Positions 35,693 through 47,562 of a stretch of 64,000 nucleotides of DNA are shown in pieces. The notes beneath the pieces are model-generated. The model was not told the origin of the DNA. It was given only the letters and a program-made list of their open reading frames with translations, and made no database searches. Position numbers and translations under genes: made by a program. Each line of letters begins with the position of its first letter. Positions within the stretch are counted from its first letter, which is position 1. The DNA is taken from positions 1-64,000 of the forward strand of contig JAPETS010000022.1 in assembly GCA_026023565.1 (NCBI GenBank). Reading direction: 5' to 3'. This DNA is from Cirrosporium novae-zelandiae. Lineage: Eukaryota.

Positions 35693-38683
35693 TCATAGAT
35701 CTGGTCTTTGCTGGCACGTTGCTCGTGGAACAGAGAAGCCCTTTCCACTTTGACTTTTCCATCCGTTCATGGTCCTTCTCACTCCCAAGGTCTTCCTTCC
35801 CTTTGCATTTTGTAACTTCTGCACTGTTGTTATATGAAAGCTCGAAGCAGGCCGTACCCCGTAATTATGACCCAGAGATTTAGATTGTGGGGGGGCTCGA
35901 GCCGTTTGATATTGAGGCTTCTCGTCTGCGTTTTCTTGTTGGGTGGGCTTTTCGTCCCGCGGAGGCGAGCTGGAAAGGAAAACGTATCGTTTCCCGTTTG
36001 CGAGGTCATCTTCCGTTTTCTGTGGTCGCCACGAGCTCAATGGCTGTATTTGGTGATTTGAGAGAGATTCAGGAATCGGAAGCATTGGTTCGCGGTCAAT
36101 CGATTGATCGTAGTCAGGACGACCCACCCCAATCCATGAACGACCTCCTTGAAGTCCATTTCTTCTCGTGGACTGGTTATTCCAAGATGCCTCTGGGACC
36201 ACTGGGAGATCGGGGCTAGCTTCCCTTTCTTCATTTCCCTCATGTTTGTTACCAAAGTAACTCATCAGACTCTTTTGTTGACTGTTTATTGGCTTCAACT
36301 TCCTAGTCTTGGCCTGGCTAGTACTTGAGATTCGAGAAGATTGACATTTGAGTTCAGCGGTTGCAGTGACAAACCCAGATGCATTTGCGGTTTGGTCAGA
36401 GTATGATCCCGTCATGGATCGTTCCTCGCCATGGTGCTCTCGATAGACACTGAACGAGTTGTGAGATTCCAGTTTCTGCCTTTTATGCAATTGTGCTACC
36501 GTGGTATCTCCATGATACCGGCCTCCTTCTGTAATCTCATTCCGTATTCTCTTACTATTATCTTCATCTTCTTCTTCAAAAAGGTCCTCCGTCGTGGGCA
36601 ATAATTGCATACAGTCCAAGACATCACTCTCTTGAGGACATACTCGTCGCAAAATCCGAGAGATAGATTCGACATGATGATAATGAAACGCCGGGCCTTT
36701 GTCACAAAATAGAGACATGACATTTTTAGACAATAGGTATGGAGATATAGATGTTTCTTCCCCTTGCGAAGCACGTGATGGCACACTAAGGTATAATAAA
36801 GCTTGTGCACGTGTCATGGCAACATACAATAGTCGCCGCTCTTCATCTCGATCTTCAGATCGAGAGTGGGGGATTGAGCCTTCGTAAACTGCAGGTATGA
36901 AGACGACAGGCCATTCCAGTCCTTTTGCTGCATGTATGGTGGATATGGTGACTTTGTCATCTGACTCTTCTCCGTCTTCGGTTCGTACTTCTGAACTCAG
37001 TGCTATATTAGCTAGAAATTTTGAAAGAGCTGCACTTGCTGCTTCCTCTTCTTCTTGATCTACGCCTTCAATGCCTGGAAGACTGTCATCAATTTCCACT
37101 TGTATTGATTCCTTTGCTTGTCCCAGGAGTTCCTCAACATTTGCCCACCGATTTTCATAATCTTCACGATGAGTTTGCTCCAAATATTGCTTGTAGGACA
37201 ATTTCCTAATAAGAGCTTCCAGTATCTGACGCGGCGAATAAAATATGTCGCTATCATACAACTTAGTCCTTTGAGTGATGATCATGCCGACTAAAGATGA
37301 AAGACCCTGTTCTGCTAGCCGTGATAACTTGACACTAAAAGATGTTCGACCTTGTACACTATCCAGTACTAGGGTCCATAAGGGGGTTTTCTTATCCTCA
37401 GCTTCTGCAAGTAGTGCCTTAATTGAGGCCTCTCCGATCCTCCGAGAAGGAATGTTAATTATTCTTGCAAACGCATCGTTGTTTTCTGGTTGATGAATGA
37501 CCCGAAGATAATCTAGCAGGATTTTTATTTCTGCACGATCAAAAAACCGATGGCCACCAACCATTCGATATGGGATTCCAGCATTCCCTAATGCCGTCTC
37601 AATATGCCGAGATAAATGGTTCATCCTTAACAGAATTGCATAATCTGAATAGTTAAGAAGATTTCCGGTCATACCTCTGGAGCGTCGTATTTCCTTGACG
37701 ATCCAGCGAGCTTCTTTTGCTGCTGAGGGTAACTTCCGGAGGACTGGTATGGTCCCTCGACCATGGGTGGCATGGAGAGGTTTAGTTGGTCTTGAAGTAT
37801 CCTGTTCAATAATCTGGAGGGCTAAAGATAGAATAGCACTAGAGGAACGGTAGTTTTCTTCAAGTAAAACGAGATTTAGGCTCTTCTCGTAGGTATGTTG
37901 CATCTTCGTAAGGTTCTTTATTTCTGCAGATCTAAACCCATAAATGCTCTGATCAGGATCCCCAACAATTGTTACGCGCCTTTTTTGAGCTGCAAATAAG
38001 TTCATGAGATCAAACTGAATGGTATTAGTGTCTTGAAATTCATCTATCAAGACAGCTTCCACGTTGGCAACGCATTCCGGATGCTTTCGAAGCAACTCTG
38101 CACATTTCAGTAAAAGGTCATCGTAGTCAAGAAGATTCGAGTTCGCCAGTGCCAGCTGGTACTCGTCAAAGACTTTTGCAAATTCTTGGTTTTCGACATG
38201 TCGAGCAGACTTGGCAGTGAGTTGTGCATGATCAAAGCCCTTCGCTTTCGCGGCTGATATTCGATTACGAGCTTGAGCTGGATCGATGCTGAGTTTGAGA
38301 CGCTTCACGATCCTCTTAATAATAGCAACGCTGTCTGAACTATCTGCAATACCAAATCCTTTCTTGATACCAATAAATCGGCCATACGCCACCAAATAAC
38401 GTCGGCAAACAGAGTGAAAAGTTCCAAGTATCAATTTTGATTCTAAGCCTTCTCCAATAAGCTTAGATATTCTTTCACGCATCTCACGCGCAGCTTTAAT
38501 AGTGAAAGTGCAGCATATAATATTCCATGGAAGGTATCCGTCATGTTTTAAAAGGTACGCAACTCGAGCCGTCAGGGTTTTTGTTTTGCCAGAGCCAGGC
38601 GGAGCAAGGACTTGAAGAACAGGCGAAGGAGAGGTTACCGCAGTACGCTGAGCATCATTAAGGCCATCAAGGATGCGTTCCAT
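35693..38683 (-). CDS. SRS2: UvrD/REP-family (SF1A) DNA helicase Srs2
   Basis: LNDAQ, APPGSGKT, LIDEFQD, VGDPDQSIYGFR, ENYRSS, STIHAAKGLEWP and EERRLLYVAMTRA; intronless 996 aa. Confidence 0.95.
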   Translation of the reverse strand: MERILDGLNDAQRTAVTSPSPVLQVLAPPGSGKTKTLTARVAYLLKHDGYLPWNIICCTFTIKAAREMRERISKLIGEGLESKLILGTFHSVCRRYLVAYGRFIGIKKGFGIADSSDSVAIIKRIVKRLKLSIDPAQARNRISAAKAKGFDHAQLTAKSARHVENQEFAKVFDEYQLALANSNLLDYDDLLLKCAELLRKHPECVANVEAVLIDEFQDTNTIQFDLMNLFAAQKRRVTIVGDPDQSIYGFRSAEIKNLTKMQHTYEKSLNLVLLEENYRSSSAILSLALQIIEQDTSRPTKPLHATHGRGTIPVLRKLPSAAKEARWIVKEIRRSRGMTGNLLNYSDYAILLRMNHLSRHIETALGNAGIPYRMVGGHRFFDRAEIKILLDYLRVIHQPENNDAFARIINIPSRRIGEASIKALLAEAEDKKTPLWTLVLDSVQGRTSFSVKLSRLAEQGLSSLVGMIITQRTKLYDSDIFYSPRQILEALIRKLSYKQYLEQTHREDYENRWANVEELLGQAKESIQVEIDDSLPGIEGVDQEEEEAASAALSKFLANIALSSEVRTEDGEESDDKVTISTIHAAKGLEWPVVFIPAVYEGSIPHSRSEDRDEERRLLYVAMTRAQALLYLSVPSRASQGEETSISPYLLSKNVMSLFCDKGPAFHYHHVESISRILRRVCPQESDVLDCMQLLPTTEDLFEEEDEDNSKRIRNEITEGGRYHGDTTVAQLHKRQKLESHNSFSVYREHHGEERSMTGSYSDQTANASGFVTATAELKCQSSRISSTSQAKTRKLKPINSQQKSLMSYFGNKHEGNEEREASPDLPVVPEASWNNQSTRRNGLQGGRSWIGVGRPDYDQSIDREPMLPIPESLSNHQIQPLSSWRPQKTEDDLANGKRYVFLSSSPPRDEKPTQQENADEKPQYQTARAPPQSKSLGHNYGVRPASSFHITTVQKLQNAKGRKTLGVRRTMNGWKSQSGKGFSVPRATCQQRPDL

Positions 38684-38772
38684 GGGGAAGGTGAAAGCGA
38701 AAGACGTCTAAGGGAAGAAAACCATTGACAAGCCAATTCAAATATTACAAAGATACAAATTGGTTTGGAGTA

Positions 38773-38778
38773 ACGCGT
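38773..38778. promoter_or_regulatory. MCB (ACGCGT) element ~90 bp upstream of SRS2
   Basis: Exact ACGCGT in the promoter of a DNA-repair gene. Confidence 0.5.
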
Positions 38779-38971
38779 TGTTTCTTTGGAGCCAATGACA
38801 CGAAGTCACAGGGAATGCACAGACCATCTACGGATATCTAGGGTTTTTTTTCAGCAGAGAATTAATTAAATGTTTTTTTGTTTTATTCTTCGATAAAAGA
38901 CAATATGGATTATGACGCTTTGTCATCACTGTGAAGCTAATATCTTTAATGTCAGCATCACTGTATGCCAT

Positions 38972-39151
38972 TTAACAATCCTTGGAACAATACAGCTCGC
39001 CCTTGCAGGTAATTTTACCTGAACCGGTGCCAGTAGCTTCGAGGCTTTGACGACGTTCATGCTTTCGTTATCAACAACCTCGCCGAAAATGACGTGCTTG
39101 CCATCGAGCTAGGATGTTACGACGATGGTGATGAAGAATTGAGACCCGTTA
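38972..39151 (-). pseudogene. Cyclophilin (PPIase) C-terminal exon remnant
   Basis: [45 protein letters not shown]. The conserved Trp codon is TAG (39111-39109), there is a 1-nt frameshift at ~39043, and a TAG acceptor precedes the exon. Confidence 0.88.
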
Positions 39152-39269
39152 CTAATGGAAGAGGGTTAATAACAGAGTCTCCCACCATTGTCGACTATGG
39201 CCAGCTATAAATGGTAAAACATCGAAAGCCAAAAGGAGAGAGTTACTAGTTACACAATGTGCTACACAC

Positions 39270-39715
39270 TGGCCGGCGCAGGTCTTGAGAAAGCCTAAGA
39301 CTTTTGGTCTCCGACTTCTCGCACGCTCTGCATATGCGGATATGGAGCGTCTCTTGGGATAAGTCAGCAGTGTTATCGGCTAAGAGCTCTTTGGAGCATC
39401 TTGTCCACTCCGTTCATCTCTTCACGGACCCCAAAAGTGCCCCCGGAGAGATTCTTTCCCTTGTACTCGATAAGGGCAAATAGCTCATAATCTTCCCTCT
39501 CCCCAGACTCCGTCCACTTTCCCAGATTTGTCTTCTGATAAATCGACTTTATCGTCTAGCTTGTTCAGCTGCACCGTTTGTCTCACAATCTGGATTGGTA
39601 AGATGTCCGGGACCTTGTTCATGATGGCTATACTGTTTGTATGGCTAGCTTCTTCACAGTTTACGCATTTTCGTTCCGCAATGTCCTCCTTTTGAAAATA
39701 CGATTCCGTTATCAA
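39270..39715 (-). pseudogene. Possible ubiquitin-specific protease (peptidase C19) C-terminal remnant
   Basis: KCVNC...KVPDILPIQIVR...KLDDKV, then a frameshift to YELFALIEYKGKNLSGG, resembling the USP His-box Y-x-L-x-A-x-I-x-H-x-G...GHY with decayed His residues. Confidence 0.5.
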
Positions 39716-40432
39716 CGAATTCTCCAGCTTGCTTAATCCGACTTAGGTATTATTTTATGTGGCGATTAGTAAGCAAGCCAAACATATCTTTCTCTGCTTA
39801 CTACTAATCAGAGGCATTTGATTAATGGAGAGAGATATGCGAAAACACGGACGTTGAGGTAGGAGATCCGGATTTTAGGTATAAACAGCTAAACGGGCCT
39901 ATGAGAAGCAGTTAGAAAATGAGATATTCGATAGTAGATAGCTATAAAAGATATCTGTATACTGAGAAGGTGTGTTGAATGTTTGATAGACTGTGGACGG
40001 CGTTTATATATTATTATTAGAGCTAAAAGTGGCATATACGACTGAAATTTTTCAATGGCAGCTACGGTGTTAAACTTCAGAATTGATCATCTTTATCATA
40101 TGAGGAAGGTCTAATCCCCTAGGAGTAAGTAGATGTCTAACATATACATCATTGTATGGAAACATAAACACTAAAACCAAAGCACCAATCAACATAATTG
40201 GTGCCACAAATGCCGGAGCTAGCAAAGCTTGGCTGAGGGCCAGTACGGTCAATGCGGCCCTATGATAAGGTTGTGGCTTTGCTATCTCCCCTCCAAAGTC
40301 AGGAACAAGACACGATGCCCCAAGTGTTACACCATTTTTTTTACAAGACAACCAATTGAACAACTATCCATTAACCCCTTTTACATTGATCCACCAATTA
40401 CACAAAAGTGATTCACAGAACAGACCTCTAAA

Positions 40433-41011
40433 ATGCATTTCCCTACCGTCTCTTTGACTCTGGCCCTCCTCGCATCGCTTGCGACTACTGCGCTCACAGA
40501 AACTCCAGCCGGCTTCGAAATCAAGGTTGATACACCTGTTGAATGCTCCCGCAAGACACAGAAAGGTGACAAGGTGGATATGCATTACCGTGGCAGGCTT
40601 GCCGACACTGGCAAAGAGTTTGATGCTAGCTACAACCGAGGGAAACCATTTAGTTTCACCCTAGGAAGCGGTCAAGTCATCAAAGGGTAAGTGGATAAGC
40701 TTCTGGAAAATGTTCTTCAGGAACGGGAGGTGGTTTGGAGAATCGTGGGGTTATAAAGTTTGTTACTGATCTGGATAAACAGGTGGGACAATGGATTGCA
40801 GGATATGTGTATTGGGGAAAAGAGGACCTTGACAATTCCTCCAGAATGGGGATATGGTCAAAGGAATGTTGGACCCATTCCGGCTGGATCAACTTTGAGT
40901 GAGTACATTTCGTGATGGATCGTTATTTTATGTAACATATCGCTAATTTTCCGTGTAGTCTTTGACACAGAGCTTATAGGAATTGCGGGAGTGAAGAAAG
41001 ATGAGCTCTAG
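40433..41011 (+). CDS. FPR2: ER FKBP-type peptidyl-prolyl isomerase (FKBP-13/Fpr2), 3 exons
   Basis: Signal peptide, [37 protein letters not shown] and C-terminal KDEL. Confidence 0.95.
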
Positions 41012-41271
41012 AGATACAATATAGCGATGATGATATAAAGATCCATGGTTGATTAACCATAATGACCTATATTTCACTAGGATAGCAATGCTAGGTTAAG
41101 ACAAAAAAAAGTCACTTAGAGCTAGTGCATAATCCCAGAGTCCATTCCTGCGAACTTCCGTTCCGTTACCAGTTACCATCACTGGTTGCGCCTAAACCGA
41201 ATGACAAAGAACAAACATAACCCGCCAAGATGATCATTGAGTCATTCCTAGAATAATTCTTTGTCCCTCAT

Positions 41272-41845
41272 CTACACCTTGGTTGGGTCTTCATCGGCCT
41301 CCAAGATGCCCTCTTTGACCAGATCCTCTGGCTTTGGTCGACTCTGGAGCTTCTGTTCGAGGCTATCTGCTCGCATGCGTTTTTCAAGCTCCTTTTGAGG
41401 GGCTTGAAGGGCGGGAGCAGCTGTAGAATCAGGAAGAATATTACCTATTGATGCAACCATTAGCATAAGGATGCGCCAACGTATGCGATGCTAATCTCCC
41501 ATCGTGGGGCATAGTTGTGTCACTTACGCTCAACAAGCTCCTCTCTCTCTGGACGATGTTCAAGGCCTCTCTTTACAGCATCCATAGCGCGTTGACGTTC
41601 GAGTTCGCGCTGTGCTGCTTGGATGGACCTAGATGCCCAAGTAGGTCAGATCTAATCATCTAAAGGATACCATGGAGCAAGTACGGAGCAGCATTAGTAT
41701 CCAACAGGATGTGCTTATCCTTGAGATCCTTTGGATCGGGGCGGAGCTGAAGGTGTTTCTCGAGAGAGTTGCGACGTTCGCAACTCTTGACTGGAGAGAT
41801 TGGAGTAGTATCGATGCTTGAATCAGTTGAGGATGTGTCGGCCAT
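41272..41845 (-). CDS. RPEL-repeat protein, 3 exons
   Basis: LEKHLQLRPDPKDLKDKHIL, LEHRPEREELVER and LEQKLQSRPKPEDLVKEGIL repeats. Confidence 0.88.
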
Positions 41846-42469
41846 GTTAATTGTTGGTCAGGTTTGAAGTTTTGAGTAGTCTATAGCAATTTTTTTGAGA
41901 TTGTTAAGAATGTGAAGGTTGTTCCTAATCTTGAATATCTCAAGTCAGGTTGAAGTAGAACAGCCTTAAGTTCAGATGCGTTGTTTGTTGTTGGCCTTGC
42001 TGTCGTGCGCTAAGATGTCATATGGCAACCAACCCTGCAAGGATCATCCGATTCACAGGGTCTGCGGGGAAGTTTGAAATGCCTTTGACAGCTGAACGTC
42101 CTTCTTGGTAACACAAAGAACAAAGAAATCAATGCGACTGACTGATTATGTTGAGACACCTCAAAGTGACCTAACTAGGTGTAATATAATCTGGTATCAA
42201 CACGAAAAGATCGAATAATTATTGAATTAATTACCACGTTTAAAGGTATTTAATATTTACCAAATTAGAGTACGACTGAATGGGATGCGCGAAGTTTATT
42301 CCCCAAGGCTTCGACGTCACCAAGTCGTAACAAGAAAATATCCAGATAAAGCTCCCTGATGCACGGAAATGATATGTTCTAAAGGCTCATAAACTGTATG
42401 AGAATAAATCACGGCTATACAGATTCTCACGTATCACAGCGGAGCTGGCAAATTTCGCTTCCTGTAGAG

Positions 42470-42487
42470 ACGCGTCGTAAATCGCGT
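42470..42487. promoter_or_regulatory. Paired MCB-like elements (ACGCGT, TCGCGT) ~90 bp upstream of NBS1
   Basis: GACGCGTCGTAAATCGCGTC. Confidence 0.55.
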
Positions 42488-42568
42488 CTGCCTAATAGCT
42501 TTTGTGATCTCGACTTTGACAGCATTTCTACAAGCCCATGTTTTCACATAATTTACTATTAATCTAAG

Positions 42569-45307
42569 ATGTGGATCTTAGAGTGCGATGGTGGTGATAT
42601 ATTGCACCGTAAGTATCAACATTTCAAGCATAACACAAGTCATACTTACACCAACATCAGACAAGAGGCTCTGGTTAAAGCCGGGAAAGAGGTTTCTTAT
42701 TGGAAGAACAAATCCAGCAAAAGGAAACATTAACCCGAAGGAACGCGGCGTTGGGTTAGACGAGAAAACTCTTTCAAGGAAACATATAACGTTGGAAATC
42801 GGGGAGGTCAAGTCCGGAGATGGGGTAAGCGAACAACGAAGGCTATCTAGCAGGAGATGATAGCTAACAAACAGCAGGCTCATATTAATTCAAGGTCTCA
42901 ACTCAAGGTCACGGACGAGAATTCCAAAGTTGGTACGTGGTTGGATGGCGAGAGTATAAAAGGCCAATCGAGAATTCTTACCGGGGTTGAACATGAGTTG
43001 CAACTCGGTCGCTATAAGCATCTTTTCAGGTTAGTCTTGAAGACCCATACTTGGATAATACTAATCTCTCATATATATATAGGATCAAGTGGCACCCGGT
43101 TGTGCTCTCCTTCTCCTTTGCTGCGAAAGAAACAAAGCATAATAATGATCCCTTGATCCCCATTCGCAGACGGCTCGAAGACTTGGAGATCAAAACTATC
43201 TTACCTTATGTACATGACCATACCACTCATGTAGTAGCTTCAAAGAGAAATACAGCCAAAGGGCTACAGGCTTTGGTGAATGGGAAATACATTGTCTCGG
43301 ACGACTTTATAGACGCTCTTCAATACGCAGCCACCCCTAAGATTCTAGACGAAGTGGAGAGCCTATCTCCACTAGAGGAAGATTTCGATGGGTCATGGCC
43401 AGATCCGATGCAATATATCCCTCCTCCTGGAAAAGAACCCGTTGAACGGCCAGCTTCTATGTTTGCTCCGGACCATAAACGGGCGACGATATTTGAGGGC
43501 TATACTTTCGTATTCTGTGATGAGACTCAGTTCGAGAACTTGCAACCCCCTATAAGTGATGGGGGTGGCAAAGCTCTTTATTTCGAGTTGAGAATGGGGG
43601 AAACTACCGTCGAGGATATTGTTCGCTACGTGAATGGGATATCAAGGGGTGGTAGTGGTAAAGGCCGTGCAGTTCTTGTTGTTCTCTTCAACGGCAAGAA
43701 ACAATGGGTTGACTGGGCATTGGGCTTGGGAGGCCAAGTTGCTCAAACCTTGAATCAGCGTCTCGTTCAACAGAGTGAATTTCTTGATGTGATTCTCTGC
43801 AACGATGCAGGCATTTTCCGCAGACAGCTTGAAGAGGAGAGTAATGATAGAGATACTACGCCATCTGTCACAGCTGGTATGAATTCTGCTACTATAAATC
43901 CTAATGAAAGACTAATTTTCATGACAGCTTCAATAAAGACGATAAACCCACCGCCAAGTAGTATACCAGATAGCTCAGCGCCGACGAAGCAGCATGTACC
44001 CTCTCAAGCATCCTCGCGACGAAGACCTAAGACTACGATTGCCAAACGCTTCAAAGGCTTCGATGATGGATTTGACGTAGATTCATTTCCTGAACCTGCA
44101 TGGAAGATGGAGGAAGACCCCTCTCAAGCCGAGGGAATGTCTGGTGAAGGGGCAACACAGCATGCTAGCCAAGTACTATCCCACTATTCCTCGATACGAA
44201 TAAACTACTAATAGCCTAAAGGGTACATCTATAGCAGATCCCTTGTCTCAAATGTCCTCCACCAACGACATACACACCAGAAGCTCGAGAAAACGTTCTA
44301 TACCACCATCGGACGATGAAGACGATGAAGACGTACTAGAGAGCCTCAAACTTCCAGGTGCGAGTGCGATGAAAAAGCGCCGCCTTAAAATCGAAGAGGA
44401 TCGCGAACGTCGTGGTCTCTCTGCTGAACCTTCCCAAAATCCCAAGAGCAAGCGAATTGCTGTAAAGGATGAGAAGGCAGTAGAGCCTATCCCTGAGCCA
44501 AAAAAGAAACTGAAGAAGAAGCTCAATCTCTTAGAAGCTGCACGTGAACGTCGTAAAGCCGAGGAAGAGGCCCAACGGCGAGATCAAGAGAACATTAACG
44601 CAGATCTTGAAGGTGTTGATATTGAACGCTTGCGTGACTTGGCTGTCATCGAAGAGATGGAAGTTCCTATAAGGGAAGCTCGAAATCAACGCGAGGCCGC
44701 TCAAGGGAATTCTGGCAATCGATGGGATGAACGTTGGAATGGTCGTAAGAATTTCAAGAAGTTTCGTCAGAGAGGCGAAGCGGGTATTCCTAGGAGGTCA
44801 GGCCACAATGTCATCGTTCCACTGGAAGAAGTTGGGAAGAAAAGTTTTCTGGGAGGTGATGAAGAGGCGCAATGGCTGGAATCAGGGTCACAGAAGAGGA
44901 AAAGGACCCTGAAAGAGAGGCAGCCTATGGAAGAGGTAACAAAGGAGAGTGACAGCGACAGTGAGCCCACACGTTTCCGGCGGAAACCCACTCGGTTTGT
45001 CTCTAGGGCTTCTTCAGCTTCAGCGTCTGCTACATTCAGCGGGCAACAGATGACCGCTGGGGATAATGACTCCAGTGTGCTAGAGGCTATTGATGTGGAC
45101 GAACCACCAACCCGACAAACACGACTAGCAGAGAAGACTGCAGGCTCTCAATCTACAATAAATTCCTCGTCTCAAAGAGCTACTCGTGGCAAGACAAAGA
45201 CATCTACAATACCAGCGAAGCGTCAACGCAAATTTGCTCTAGCTCAAGATGATGATAGCAGTGATAGCGACGATGGGCTGAGGTTTAAGTTTAAAAAGAG
45301 GAGATGA
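42569..45307 (+). CDS. NBS1: Nibrin/Nbs1 (Xrs2; FHA-BRCT) subunit of the MRN complex, multi-exon
   Basis: MWILE start, FHA motifs (LIGR, TLSRKH, SKVGT), BRCT-like TTHVVASKRNTAKGLQAL, Mre11-binding KNFKKFR and an acidic plus FxF C-terminus (DDGLRFKFKKRR). Confidence 0.92.
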
Positions 45308-47562
45308 TATTTTTCCAAAGCTTTTCGGGTCATGATAGTGTGAAGGCAAGCTCTACATATCTGAGGGGGGATGCAAATAGTCCAGAAAGCTCTCCCAAAA
45401 TGCGCATAAAGAAATTACGACTGCCATATCTTATTTCAAGCCCAGATCTAGTACCTGTACTCTTTTACAGATATAGTTAGAAAGAAAGAGAGAAGAAAAA
45501 AGGGCCAGCCATGTATAATACTATCTATGAATTAGCCACCCACCACCACCGCATAATAAAATCAAATCAAAAGATGGGTTGTCATTGTCCATTCCATCTT
45601 ATTCGTACTATTGGACCAAGCAAGTAAAGCATGAGCCGTTAGTCGAGTTCGAGTTCAGCTACTATGTTCCCAAGCCCAAGCCCATTTATTTCCACACAAT
45701 CCGTATTGTATTTTTTTTGACACGAAGTCCACGGCCATGGTCACACCAAAACCAAATACTAGACCAGTACACGATGATACAAATAGTTAAATAGTTAAAT
45801 AGATGGTTAAATATTCAGCTCACCACCACAAACCCAAAAACTCTCTTAAACGCAAGAGCTAATTACTTACGCACCGCAAATGATGTCTACAGTTTGTTTT
45901 GGCCTGAGGACACATCCACCCTAGACATCCAGCACTGTAGGGCTATCATTCGTGGAACCAGACTCGAGCTACCATCGGACAGTCGCGGAGATTAAAAACA
46001 TTACCCTTTCCCTATCCCCTCCAACCCCCCCTCCAAACCCTCTCTAAACCTCTAAAAATAGCCACACCCCCCTCTCTCAAACAAATTTCATCGGTCATAG
46101 AAATTTCCGATGCCATGCATGCATTGAAGAAAAGGGAAAATCTCCTACTCGAGTACGGACCTGTGCGATGTGAGATTTGGACGAGACTTGAGGGAGTGTG
46201 TGATGTGGGGATGTGATTTTTCAAGGGCTGAAGGCTGGAGGAGGAGGTTAGAGATTATAATTGAACCGAAGGAATTGACACCCTCCTTCCCGCTCTTTTA
46301 CTTTACTTTTGCATAAAAGCGAATCAACTCAATCAAACCAACAATCAAACCAACAAACCCATTGACTTTTCCACGAGTACATGCTCGAGTACATGGTAAA
46401 ATAACTAGCCCTATCCATCTATCCCATCCCTCTATCCAATCCCTATCTATCAAATCCCTATCTATCCATCCCACTTCCCATCCCTTCCCATCCCATTAAT
46501 TCCTTAGTATCTTACTAAGAAATCAAGAAAAGAAAAGATAGATAGGTACAGTAGGGCTGACACCTTATCCCCCCCCCTCCGTCCCTTATTCCTAATTCCC
46601 TGTCCCCTTGTTCCTTGTTCCTTGTTCCTTGTTCAAAAGAAGACGTGGGTTTATCTGATAGGCTGATTAGGGCCAATTCCCTTAAGGAAAAAGATGGGGG
46701 TCTAATTCTAAGTATAGAATAAATAGAATAAAGCTAATTAACCTAACCACAATCAAACAGGGTTCGAGGAGTCGAGGTAAAAAGTAATCTTTTCTCTTTC
46801 TCTCTCGATCTCTCTGTTCTAGTTTCACCAACATAAACGTATAAGTAGGAGGAAGAAATTAGAATCCTTGAGGTTTTAGGGGGGGTAAATGCTGTGAGGT
46901 GTTTTGTAGAAAATTCACATATTCATAGTAAACAATAATAGTAATATGGGTAGTAGTACGGTTTTAAAGTAGAATGAACATCCGGTTTATATATATTGAA
47001 AAAGCGCAAGAAAGAGAGAGAGAAAGGCTTAGAGTTTTTTTTTATATTCCCTCAAAAAAATCCTTTGAAAGGAATTAAATTATTGCCAAGCCCCGTCAGA
47101 ACACGAGTTTTTTTTTCTAATTAACGAAAGCTGAAGTTGACTTACTATAACATGGTAAAATAGTGGATAACTATATTATTAATGTGTCTTCCTTCTTTTC
47201 CCTCTTATGAATAAGATATCAAATTTCTCTCTCCTTCTTTCTCTCACTCTCTAAAAATCTCAAACATTTTGTTTTATTTATTTAACGGTTGGTTTTGGTC
47301 CCTGAAAATCATTTCTAGATTTTGGCCGTCGCACAGACTCACTCTACAAGCCCTAGTTTCATTCATTCACTTATCCCTTTTGGAAAGAGAGAGCATCTAA
47401 GGGGCCCGCTTTCTTGTTTAGGAAGCAGGGGGAGGGGATAGAATACCATAATAATATGACCCGTGGTTGTTTGATCATCCTCGCATATCGCATAATCGTT
47501 CCTTTGTATCCATAAGATCCATTCATCCTTCATCTCCGCCTTTTTGTTTCTTTTTCGCACCA

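Noticed and set aside
40760..40780. TGATCTGGATAA resembling part of a TPP riboswitch in the FKBP intron
   Set aside because: It is explained by the intron branch site and acceptor; the CTGAGA and other aptamer elements are absent.
45879..45908. ATGATG...CTGA as a box C/D snoRNA
   Set aside because: Only ~30 nt between the boxes, an imperfect C box and no terminal stem.
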